Part shown: piece after piece, positions 1-7,877 of the stretch | Numbering within the stretch: the stretch's first letter is position 1 | Layout of the letters: each line of letters begins with the position of its first letter | Source: an uncultured Conexibacteraceae bacterium | Lineage (GTDB): Bacteria > Actinomycetota > Thermoleophilia > Solirubrobacterales > 70-9 | Length of the DNA: 64,000 nt | Assembly: GCA_963820055.1 (NCBI GenBank) | Contig: CAWFYJ010000005.1 | Coordinates: forward strand, 153,393-217,392 | Reading direction: 5' to 3' | Made by a program: the position numbers and the translations under genes | The notes under the pieces: generated by a model | What the model saw: the letters and a program-made list of their open reading frames with translations, nothing else | The model's database searches: none | What the model was told of the DNA's origin: nothing

Positions 1-1
1 G

Positions 2-541
2 ATCCCCTGCGACGCCGTCGTCGTCGGCGCCGGCGTCCGCCCCGACACGATGCTCGCCGGCCGCGCCGGCCTCGAGGTCGAGAACGGGATCGTCTGCGAC
101 TCCGGCCTTGAGACCTCGGCGCCCGGCATCTTCGCCGCCGGCGACTGCTGCAACTACGACAGCGAGCTGCACGGCCGCCGAGCTCGATTCGAACACTGGG
201 ACGTCGCCCTCCACCAGGGCCGCCATGCCGCCCGCGCGATGCTCGGCGACAAGGCGCCTTACCGCGTCGTCCCCTACTTCTTCAGCGACCTCGCCGACTG
301 GGCCTCCCTCGAGTACGTCGGCGGCGCATCGGAGTGGGACGACGTGGTCTGGCGCGGCGACCGCGATGGCCTCGAGTTCTCGGTCTGGTACCTCAGCGCC
401 GACCGCCCGGTCGCAGCCCTCTCGGTCGGTCGCTCCGAGGATCTCATCGCCGCCCGGGGCCTCATCGAGGCGGGCGAGCCGCTCGGCGACCGGCGCGCTG
501 CGATCGCCGACACCGGCACCGACCTCGACACGATTCTCTAG
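2..541 (+). CDS. NAD(P)/FAD-dependent pyridine nucleotide-disulfide oxidoreductase (ferredoxin-reductase type), 3' part; the 5' end lies outside the window
   Basis: The frame is open from the window edge (same frame as ORF 50..541). It has the FAD motif GIFAAGDC followed by a Reductase_C-like tail (EHWDVA, PYFFSD). The stop is at 539-541. Confidence 0.8.
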   Translation: MPCDAVVVGAGVRPDTMLAGRAGLEVENGIVCDSGLETSAPGIFAAGDCCNYDSELHGRRARFEHWDVALHQGRHAARAMLGDKAPYRVVPYFFSDLADWASLEYVGGASEWDDVVWRGDRDGLEFSVWYLSADRPVAALSVGRSEDLIAARGLIEAGEPLGDRRAAIADTGTDLDTIL

Positions 542-559
542 CTAATCTCCGCCGGGCAC

Positions 560-630
560 TGCGGGCTGGTGTAACGGCAACACGCCTCTCTCTGGAAGAG
601 GTATTCGGGGTTCGAATCCCTGGCCCGCAG
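560..630 (+). tRNA. tRNA-Gln (anticodon CUG)
   Basis: Cloverleaf folded by hand. Acceptor stem 560-566/623-629 (U1:A72). D stem 569-572/580-583 with loop AACGGCA. Anticodon stem 585-589/597-601 with loop CUCUGGA, giving anticodon CUG. T stem 606-610/618-622 with loop TTCGAAT. Discriminator G630. No encoded CCA. Confidence 0.9.
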
Positions 631-690
631 CTCGTGTGCGTGCGGTGCGCGGCAGGGGAAGGCACCGCCTCCGGGGAGTGGAGTGTCGGC

Positions 691-876
691 GGCACCTTCC
701 CCTGCCGCGCCCTACGTCCCACGTAAGCGGGTCGGCGGCGGGCACACCTGCGCCCCTCCAACGTCCCACGTGAGCGGGTCGGCGGCACCTTCCCCTGCCG
801 CGCCCTACGTCCCACGTAAGCGGGTCGGCGGCGGGCACACCTGCGCCCCTCCAACCTCCCACGTAAGCGGGTCGGC
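691..876. repeat. Tandem direct repeat, 2 x 93 bp (691-783 and 784-876), each unit holding two copies of a 20-nt core
   Basis: Hand alignment shows 2 mismatches in 93 positions. The core TCCCACGT[A/G]AGCGGGTCGGC starts at 717, 764, 810 and 857. ORFs 683..931(+) and 542..922(-) are simply translations of this repeat. Confidence 0.9.
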
Positions 877-1165
877 GGCGGGCGTCCGACGAAGGGGCAA
901 CCCTCGTGGGCGGAATATCCACTCACAGTGAGCGGTAATCGGCCCACGAGCGCGCCGGCAGCGGGCGTCAGGCCTCGCCCGGCGGCGGCCGCCCGCATCG
1001 CCCCCTCACCGCCAAACGGCCTGCCGATCCCCCGCTGGACAACCGTCCAGCGACCCTCACTAAGCGGATGTCCAGAAGTCGGGCGGCCCCGCCTCGCCCG
1101 GTCGCTTCCCGCCGATGAAACACACGCGAGGGACACGCCGACAACACAGCAGGGGAGGGGATGGC

Positions 1166-1651
1166 ATGTCGAAGCGAACTGCAATTGCAACTGGTCTGGC
1201 CGGGGCGGCGATCGGGGCCTTGGCGGGACTCCCGTATCTGTTCCGCGCCGGCGAGTGCTCGGTGCTCGGGGCGCAGTCCGTCCAGTGCACGATGAACTCG
1301 GCCCTGGCGCCCTTTCTGAGCGCGATCGCGGTCGGTTTCGTGATCGCGATGGTCATCGGGAACGCGGTCGCGATCATGACCAAGCGTTCGATCGCTCCGA
1401 GGGGGCCGGTCCAGCAGGTGTCCCGTCCTGCAGCGGACTTCGACGACCCTGCCGTCCAGATCGCCGCCTGGGGGATGCCTCCGGGGGCGAGCCAGCGGAC
1501 CGTCTCGCTCGCCGATCCAGCACCCGCCCGCAGGCGCGACGACGGTGCCGAGGCGAGCCGAGGCGCCGGGTACGGCGCGGCCCGCGCGGCGCGCAATTCC
1601 GGATCAGTCCCGCGGCCGGTCGGCCGCCCGCAGTCGGCGCCACCGGCCTGA
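1166..1651 (+). CDS. hypothetical small membrane protein (two predicted TM helices, low-complexity C-terminus)
   Basis: ATG at 1166 is preceded by GGGGAGGGG. Hydrophobic stretches are IATGLAGAAIGALAGL and LAPFLSAIAVGFVIAMVIGNAVAI. I recognise no family. Confidence 0.5.
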   Translation: MSKRTAIATGLAGAAIGALAGLPYLFRAGECSVLGAQSVQCTMNSALAPFLSAIAVGFVIAMVIGNAVAIMTKRSIAPRGPVQQVSRPAADFDDPAVQIAAWGMPPGASQRTVSLADPAPARRRDDGAEASRGAGYGAARAARNSGSVPRPVGRPQSAPPA

Positions 1652-1706
1652 CCGCACGGGACCGAAGCCGTCGGCAGCGTCTCAGGGGCGCGCTAATCTG
1701 CGTGCA

Positions 1707-2426
1707 ATGAGAGGGAAACCGGCATTCGCAGCAGCGGTTGCCGCCGGCTCGCTCGCGCTCCTGGGCGCGGGGTGCGGCGGCGGGGACTCGACGACGTCCA
1801 CAGTCAACTCGTCGAGCACGACGGCGACGACGTCGACCGTGGCGACCGATGAGTTCATCACCGCCGCCGACGCGCGCTGCGCCGAGGCGAACGCGGCGAT
1901 CGCCAACCTCACCTCCGATGGCTCTGGCAGCACGACCGCCATCCAGCAGCAGCTCGACATCACCAAGCAGACGCTCACCGGCCTGAAGTCGCTCGGCGCT
2001 CCCGAGGATCCCGACGGTTCCCTCGCCGACTACTACGCCGCCGTCAAACAGCAGGTCACCCTGCTCGGCCAGCAACAGGAGGCGCTCGCCTCCGGCGACA
2101 GCGCCGGGGCCGACACGATCGGCGTCCAAGTCGATCAGGCGGAGAGCGACGCCCAGAGCGCCGCCCAGTCCTTCGGGTTCGAGGAGTGCGGCCAGCAGGG
2201 CTCGGCGCTCTCGACCGACACGACTTCAACCACCGCGCCGGCCGGCGGAGCGACGACGACCGCCCCGGCGACGCCGACGACCACCACCCCGGTCGCCCCG
2301 GCGCCGGTCACGCCCGCGCCCGTTACCCCGGCCCCGTCGGGCGGGACTTCCGGCGGCACCAGCTCGGGCGGTACGTCCGGCGGCACAAGCTCCGGCAACT
2401 CCGGCGGGATCAGCCCCGGCGGCTGA
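1707..2426 (+). CDS. putative lipoprotein with Thr/Pro/Gly/Ser-rich tail; paralogue of 7164..7742
   Basis: ATG at 1707. Signal peptide plus lipobox LLGAGC. Thr/Ser linker. Two conserved Cys (ADARCAE ... FGFEECG). High GC3. Confidence 0.7.
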   Translation: MRGKPAFAAAVAAGSLALLGAGCGGGDSTTSTVNSSSTTATTSTVATDEFITAADARCAEANAAIANLTSDGSGSTTAIQQQLDITKQTLTGLKSLGAPEDPDGSLADYYAAVKQQVTLLGQQQEALASGDSAGADTIGVQVDQAESDAQSAAQSFGFEECGQQGSALSTDTTSTTAPAGGATTTAPATPTTTTPVAPAPVTPAPVTPAPSGGTSGGTSSGGTSGGTSSGNSGGISPGG

Positions 2427-2441
2427 GTTACGCGACGCCGC

Positions 2442-4253
2442 TCAGGCGGCGGCGACCTGGCCGGCCCAAGTTCCGTAGAGGCGCGCGTAGGCGCCGCCGA
2501 GCTCGATCAGCTCTTCGTGGGTGCCGCTCTCGGCGATCGTCCCGTGCTCGAGGACGACGATCCGGCTCGCGCGCCTGATCGTCGAAAGGCGGTGGGCGAT
2601 GACGATCGCGGTGCGGCCGACGAGCAGCTTCTCGAGACCCTGCTCGATCCGCTTCTCGGTCCGCACGTCGACGTTCGAGGTGGCCTCGTCGAGGATCAGG
2701 ATCCGCGGCTCGGCCAGCAACGCCCGCGCGAACGCGACGATCTGCCGCTCGCCGGCCGAAAGCGACGTGCCGCGCTCGCCGACCTCGGTGTCGAGGCCGT
2801 CCGGAAGCCCGTCGATCAGCGGCTTGCCGCCGACGGTGTGGAGCGCGTCGAGGATGTCCTCGCGGCTGGCGCCGGGGCGCCCGAAGGCGACGTTGTCGGC
2901 GATCGTCCCGCTGAACAGGAAACCCTCCTGGGGGACGATCCCGAGCCGGCTTCGCAGCGCGTTCGAGTCGAGCTCGCGGACGTCGACGCCGTCGATCAGG
3001 ATCCGCCCCCGCTGCGGGTCGTAGAAGCGGGCGACGAGCTTGGCGAGCGTGGACTTGCCCGCGCCTGTTTCGCCGACGAGCGCGACCGTCTGGCCGGGCA
3101 GGATCCGCAGGTCGATGTCGGTCAGCGCCCAGTCCATCTCGCGGCCGGGGTTCTCGGCGTAGCCGAACCAGACGTCCTCGAGGTCGATGGCGCCGCGGAT
3201 CTCGCCGGGATCGATCGCGTTCGGCGGGTCGACGAGGTCGGGCTCGGTGTCGAGCAGGTCGAAGATCTTGTCCAGTGCCGCCATGCCCTGCTGGTAGGTC
3301 GTGTAGAGCTGGCTGATCTGCTGGATCGGGTCGAAGAACGTCTGCAGGTAGCCGACGAAGGCGAAGAGGATGCCGATCTCGATGTTGCCGTCGAGCACCT
3401 GGTAGCCGCCGAACAGCAGGATCGCCGCCGTCCCGATCGCCGACAGCAGCTCGACGGCGGGGAAGTAGGAGGCGTTGAGGTAGACGGTCCGCATGTTGAC
3501 CTCGCGGTTCTCCTCGTTGAGGACCGACATCTCGTTCATGTGCCGGGTCTCCTGGCCGAAGCTGCGGACGACGCGAACGCCGCTCAGGCTCTCCTGCAGG
3601 TAGGCGGTGATGTTGGCGATCTTCTCCCGGGTCATCCGGTAGGCGTTCGCCGAGGCGACCCGGAAGATGACGCTGCCGATCGCCAGGAGCGGGAACGTCA
3701 GGAACGTGATCAGCGCGAGCTGAACGTCGATCAGCAGCAGGATCACGACGATGCTGACCAGGGTCAGGACGCTGGAGACCATCGTCACGATGCCGTCGGT
3801 GACGAGGGTGTCGAGCGCCTGGACGTCGTTGGTCATCCGCGAGATCAGCACGCCCGGCCGGTTTCGGGTGTAGAAGCCGAGCGACATGCTCTGCAGGTGC
3901 GTGTAGATCCGCTCGCGGAGGTCCTGGAGCGCCCGCTGGCCGACCCAGCCGACCAGGTACGTCTGCACGTAGGTGGCACCCCAGAAGACGATGGCGGAGG
4001 CGAGGAAGGCGAGGACGATCAGCGTCAGGGCGTTGAGGTCGCCGGGAGTGATGCCCTTGTCGATCGCGAGACCCGCGAGGTAGGGGGGAGCCAGGGACGC
4101 GGCCGTGGCGAGGACGAGCGCGACCATCATCCAGAAGACCCGGACCCGGTAGGGACGTAGGAGGCCGAACAGCCAGCGGACCTTGCGGCCGCGGCCGTCC
4201 TCGCCGCGGATCGTCTTCCAGACGGCCTTGATGAGGAGCCAGGCGTCGCTCAC
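2442..4253 (-). CDS. ABC transporter ATP-binding protein/permease (type I exporter half-transporter)
   Basis: 603 aa. N-terminal six-helix TMD, Walker A GETGAGKST, signature LSAGERQ, Walker B ILILDEATS. Overlaps the upstream partner by 4 nt. Confidence 0.93.
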   Translation of the reverse strand: MSDAWLLIKAVWKTIRGEDGRGRKVRWLFGLLRPYRVRVFWMMVALVLATAASLAPPYLAGLAIDKGITPGDLNALTLIVLAFLASAIVFWGATYVQTYLVGWVGQRALQDLRERIYTHLQSMSLGFYTRNRPGVLISRMTNDVQALDTLVTDGIVTMVSSVLTLVSIVVILLLIDVQLALITFLTFPLLAIGSVIFRVASANAYRMTREKIANITAYLQESLSGVRVVRSFGQETRHMNEMSVLNEENREVNMRTVYLNASYFPAVELLSAIGTAAILLFGGYQVLDGNIEIGILFAFVGYLQTFFDPIQQISQLYTTYQQGMAALDKIFDLLDTEPDLVDPPNAIDPGEIRGAIDLEDVWFGYAENPGREMDWALTDIDLRILPGQTVALVGETGAGKSTLAKLVARFYDPQRGRILIDGVDVRELDSNALRSRLGIVPQEGFLFSGTIADNVAFGRPGASREDILDALHTVGGKPLIDGLPDGLDTEVGERGTSLSAGERQIVAFARALLAEPRILILDEATSNVDVRTEKRIEQGLEKLLVGRTAIVIAHRLSTIRRASRIVVLEHGTIAESGTHEELIELGGAYARLYGTWAGQVAAA

Positions 4254-6031
4254 AGGCGTGCCACCTCCTCCCGCTCCTCGAGGTCGCGCTGCAGGAAGGT
4301 CCGGTCGACGAGGCCGTAGTCGGCGATCTCGCGGTAGAGCGGGCAGCGGTCGAGCAACTCCTCGTGCGTCCCGCAGTCGACGATCCGGCCCTCGTCGACG
4401 ACGACGATCTCGTCGGCGAGCGAGATCGTCGAGAGGCGGTGGGCGACGATGAAGGTGGTACGGCCCTCGAGGGCCTCGTCGAGGCCGCGCCGGATGGCCG
4501 CCTCAGTCTGGGCATCGACCGACGAGGTCGCGTCGTCGAGGATCAGGATCCGCGGGTCGGCGAGGAGGGCGCGGGCGATGGCGATCCGCTGCCGCTGGCC
4601 GCCGGAGAGGGTCAGGCCGCGCTCGCCGACCATCGTCTCGTAACCGTCGGGTAGGCGCTCGATGAACGACTGCGCCTGCGCGCGGCGCGCGGCGGTCTCG
4701 ATCTCCTCGCGGCTCGCGTCGGGCTTGGCGTAGGCGATGTTCTCGGCGACCGAGGCGCTGAACAGGAAGCTCTCGTCGGCGACGAAGGCGATCTGGCGCC
4801 GCAGCGAGGCGACGTCGATGTCGCGGAGGTCGGCGCCATCGATCTCGACCGAGCCGGCGGTCGGGTCGTAGAGCCGCGCGAGCAGCGCGACCAGGCTCGT
4901 CTTCCCCGATCCCGAGGGGCCGACGAGGGCGATGACCTTGCCGCCCTCGACCTCGAGGTCGACGCCGTCGAGCGCCGGCTCCGACTCGCCGTAGCGGAGC
5001 GAGACGTCGCGGAGGACGACGTGCCCGTTGCCGTCCGGAAGCGGCGGCGCGCCCGGCGGGCTCGTGATCTCGGGCTCGCGGTCGAGCACCTCGAAGAGGC
5101 GGTTGCCGGAGGCGATCGCCCGCTGCGACATGCCGAGCGCCGTACCGAGCATCCTCATCGGCCCGATCAGCATGATCAGGTACGTGTAGAAGGCGGTGAA
5201 CTCGCCGAGGCTGATCGTCCCGTTGATCACCTGGCGGCCGCCGACGAGGAGGACGACCGCGAGCCCGAGGTTGGGCAGGAAGGCGATCATCGGGTTGTAG
5301 AAGGCGCGAAGGCGGGTCGAGTAGACGTTCTGGTCGAAGACCCTCGAGACCCGGTTGCGGAACCGGTCGAGCATGTGGTCCTCGCGGGCGAACGCCTTGA
5401 CGACGCGGACGCCGGAGACGGCCTCCTCGGCCTCGACGGTCAGCTCGGCGATCCGCTGCTGGACCTCCTGGAGCGCGGGCCGTGAGGTGCGGTTGTAGCG
5501 CGAGGCGGTGTAGACCACGAACGGGACCGGGAGCAGCGCCAATGCGGCCAGCCCGGGCTGCAGGACGAACATGATCGCCCCGGCGAGGACGAGCGTCAGG
5601 GCGCTCTGGGTGATGAAGATCAGGCCGTAGCCGAGGAAGAAGCGGATCGACTGCAGGTCGACGGTCGCCCGCGACATCAGTTGCCCGGTCTGCTGGGAGT
5701 CGAAGTAGCCGAGCTCGAGCGACTGCAGGTGCGAGTAGATGCGCTCGCGGAGGTCGTACTCGACCGCGAGCGAGACCTTCCCGGCGATCACCCGGCGCGA
5801 GGCGGTGAGCGCGAGCCGGACGAGGCCGGCGACGACGATCGCCGCCACCAGCGGGACGAGGTTGCCCGCGTCCGCCGTGTCGACCCCGTCGTTGATCTCG
5901 TTGACCGCCTTGCCGACGAGGAGCGGGATCAGGATCGTCATCCCCATCGCGAACGAGGCGAGGACGATCGAGAGGATGTTCTGGCGCTTGTACGGCGCCA
6001 GGAACCCGAGAAGTCGTTTGAAGGTCGGCAT
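4250..6031 (-). CDS. ABC transporter ATP-binding protein/permease (partner of 2442..4253)
   Basis: Walker A GPSGSGKTS, signature LSGGQRQ, Walker B ILILDDATS. I prefer the start MPTFKRLLGFL at 6031 (AAGGGG upstream) over the ORF-track start at 6118, which would overlap the divergent small ORF. Confidence 0.9.
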   Translation of the reverse strand: MPTFKRLLGFLAPYKRQNILSIVLASFAMGMTILIPLLVGKAVNEINDGVDTADAGNLVPLVAAIVVAGLVRLALTASRRVIAGKVSLAVEYDLRERIYSHLQSLELGYFDSQQTGQLMSRATVDLQSIRFFLGYGLIFITQSALTLVLAGAIMFVLQPGLAALALLPVPFVVYTASRYNRTSRPALQEVQQRIAELTVEAEEAVSGVRVVKAFAREDHMLDRFRNRVSRVFDQNVYSTRLRAFYNPMIAFLPNLGLAVVLLVGGRQVINGTISLGEFTAFYTYLIMLIGPMRMLGTALGMSQRAIASGNRLFEVLDREPEITSPPGAPPLPDGNGHVVLRDVSLRYGESEPALDGVDLEVEGGKVIALVGPSGSGKTSLVALLARLYDPTAGSVEIDGADLRDIDVASLRRQIAFVADESFLFSASVAENIAYAKPDASREEIETAARRAQAQSFIERLPDGYETMVGERGLTLSGGQRQRIAIARALLADPRILILDDATSSVDAQTEAAIRRGLDEALEGRTTFIVAHRLSTISLADEIVVVDEGRIVDCGTHEELLDRCPLYREIADYGLVDRTFLQRDLEEREEVARL

Positions 6032-6079
6032 TTGAGGCCCCTTACTATACAAAGTGAAGTAACGGCTTAGAATCGCCGG

Positions 6080-6259
6080 ATGCCAGCCGGAGCCGGACTC
6101 TGCGAGCTCTGCCGCCATCAGCGGGTCGTCCGGAACACCCGCGGGTCGCGCTTCTCGATGTGCGAGCGCTCCCGCGAGGACCCCGCCTATCCGAAGTATC
6201 CGCCGGTGCCGGTCCTTCGCTGTCCCGGCTTCGAGCGCCGCGATCCCGACCCGGGCTGA
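6080..6259 (+). CDS. small conserved-looking four-Cys protein, 59 aa (not in the ORF track, below its length cutoff)
   Basis: Hand translation: MPAGAGLCELCRHQRVVRNTRGSRFSMCERSREDPAYPKYPPVPVLRCPGFERRDPDPG. The pattern CxxC ... RGSxFxxC ... PKYPxxPVxxCxGFE matches, from memory, a widespread small bacterial protein family. High GC3. Confidence 0.5.
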   Translation: MPAGAGLCELCRHQRVVRNTRGSRFSMCERSREDPAYPKYPPVPVLRCPGFERRDPDPG

Positions 6260-6266
6260 GCGCCCG

Positions 6267-7140
6267 TCAGGTCTGCGGCGTCTCGATCGTCTCGGCCGAG
6301 CTCAGCGCTCCCGCGGAGGCGACCACGACCAGCGCGATCGCGATCACCTCGCGCCCGACCAGGTGCTGTCCGAGCACGGCGAGGCCGACGAGCGCGGCCA
6401 CCGCGGGCTCGAGGCTGAGGAGGACGCCGAAAGTCCGCTCCGGGAGGCGGCGGAGCGCCTCCAGCTCGACGGTGTAGGGGATCGCCGAGCTGAGGATCGC
6501 GACGCCGAGGCCGATCGCGAGCACGGCCGGGTCGATCAGGTCGGTGCCGCCGTCGGCGACGCCGATCGGGACCAGCAGCACTGCTGACACGACCATCGCC
6601 AGTGAGAGGCCGCCGAGACCCGCCTGACCGCGACCGACCCGGGCCGACATGAGGATGTAGGCGCCCCAGAAGGCCCCCGCCGTCAACGCCAGGACGACGC
6701 CGAGGGCGTCGAGTCCCTCGCCGATGTCGGGGCCGAGCAGGAGGATCCCACCGCCGGCGAGCACGACCCAGAGGACGTCGAGGCGGTTCCGGGTCCCGGC
6801 GATCGCGACGGTGAGCGGCCCGACGAACTCCAGGGTCACGGCGATGCCGAGCGGGAGCCGCTCGAGCGCCTCGTAGAAGCACAGATTCATACCCGCGAGG
6901 GTCACCGCGAACAAGCCGACGTCGCGGAGGGTCGCCCGGCTCAGGCCGGCGACGGCAGGACGCCAGACGGCGGAGAGGACGGCGGCGGCGAAGATCGTCC
7001 GCAGCAGCACGGTCCCGGCAGGCCCCGACCTCGTCGAAGATGCTGGTCGCGAGCGCGGAGCCGAACTGGACCGAGGCGATGCCGCCGAGAACGAGCGCTA
7101 CGGCGACGCGTCGCTCCGACCGCGGGTCGGTCCCCGCTGC
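6267..7140 (-). pseudogene. EamA/RhaT (DMT) family transporter, RhtA-like; frame broken after the first TM helix (pseudogene or assembly indel)
   Basis: ORF 6267..7010 carries TM helices 2-10. The first helix (VALVLGGIASVQFGSALATSIFDEVG) is in the frame of ORF 6187..7542. Removing one base of the C4 run at 7023-7026 restores FDEVGPAGTVLLRTIF. The upstream frame contains no ATG, GTG or TTG. Confidence 0.75.
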
Positions 7141-7163
7141 CGCGTCCCCCTGCTCCCGAGCGG

Positions 7164-7742
7164 TCAGGACGCGGGGACGTCGCGCGCGCCGCAGACCTTC
7201 ATGCCGAGCGCCTGGGAGGCCTCGGCGAGCTTGACCAGCTCCTTCTGGGCGTCGATCGCGGCTTGGTAGAAGGCGTCGGGGTCGCCGTCCTGGGCCGGGC
7301 CGAGCAGCGCGTTGGCGTAGCCGACGGTGCCGCTCTCGAGCTGGTCGACGAAGTCGTTCCACTGCTTCTGCTCGTCCTTGGGCGGCTGCAGCTGCGAGAG
7401 CTGGTCGACGAGCGTCTGGCCCTCGGCGGCGGTCGCGCTCCAGAACGGCGCCGTGGCCTTGACCTCGTCCGGCTGCGGCCCGTCCTTGCCGAACTCGGGG
7501 GCTGCCGCATCGTCGGCGATCCGGGCGGTGGACTCGGCGCACAACTGGTCGGCCGTCTTGGCCAGTTCGGCCTTCGAAAGGGTGCCGGTCGGCAGCTCGG
7601 TCGTCGCATCCGTGGTCGTGCTGCTGGTCGAGGTGTCGTCGCTGCCCCCGCAGCCGGCGACCCCGATGAGTGCGAGCACGGCCAGGAGCGCGGCGAGCGC
7701 GAGCGGCGGGCGCTGGGGTCGGGTGTGCTTCCGGAAGGCCAT
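7164..7742 (-). CDS. putative lipoprotein; paralogue of 1707..2426
   Basis: Lipobox LIGVAGC, Thr/Ser linker, and the same two-Cys layout (ADQLCAE ... LGMKVCG). Confidence 0.7.
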   Translation of the reverse strand: MAFRKHTRPQRPPLALAALLAVLALIGVAGCGGSDDTSTSSTTTDATTELPTGTLSKAELAKTADQLCAESTARIADDAAAPEFGKDGPQPDEVKATAPFWSATAAEGQTLVDQLSQLQPPKDEQKQWNDFVDQLESGTVGYANALLGPAQDGDPDAFYQAAIDAQKELVKLAEASQALGMKVCGARDVPAS

Positions 7743-7877
7743 TTCATGTGCCGCCCCTGAGCGGCACCGGGGACGATCATAGTGCCGGGGAACCGGGGCT
7801 TCCGCCGTTCGAGGTCGGCTATCGTGGCCCCTTGGAACTTCGCCCGACCCACGGGTGACCGATATAGAGGAGAGCTG

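Noticed and set aside
691-876. A possible CRISPR array, given regularly spaced direct repeats.
   Set aside because: The sequences between the cores alternate between two forms that are themselves repeated in both units, so they are not unique spacers. There are only four cores and no cas genes.
683-931. ORFs 683..931(+) and 542..922(-) with internally repeated peptide sequence.
   Set aside because: The repetition comes from the 93-bp DNA tandem repeat. Both strands give open frames, there is no RBS, and the composition is not protein-like.
540-1165. An integrated mobile element at tRNA-Gln.
   Set aside because: There is no integrase, excisionase or phage gene nearby, and the tRNA 3' end is not duplicated in the window. 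Only the non-coding repeats are unusual.
2428-4515. A 695-aa minus-strand ORF, and ORF 2517..4160 on the plus strand, overlapping the ABC exporter genes.
   Set aside because: These are Arg/Pro/Gly/Asp-rich alternative-frame or antisense translations of genes with clear ABC motifs. Long shadow ORFs are expected at this GC content.
4250-6118. The longer start (6118) for the second ABC exporter gene.
   Set aside because: The extension adds 29 non-conserved residues, overlaps the divergent four-Cys ORF, and lacks an RBS. ATG at 6031 has AAGGGG upstream and gives the usual N-terminus.
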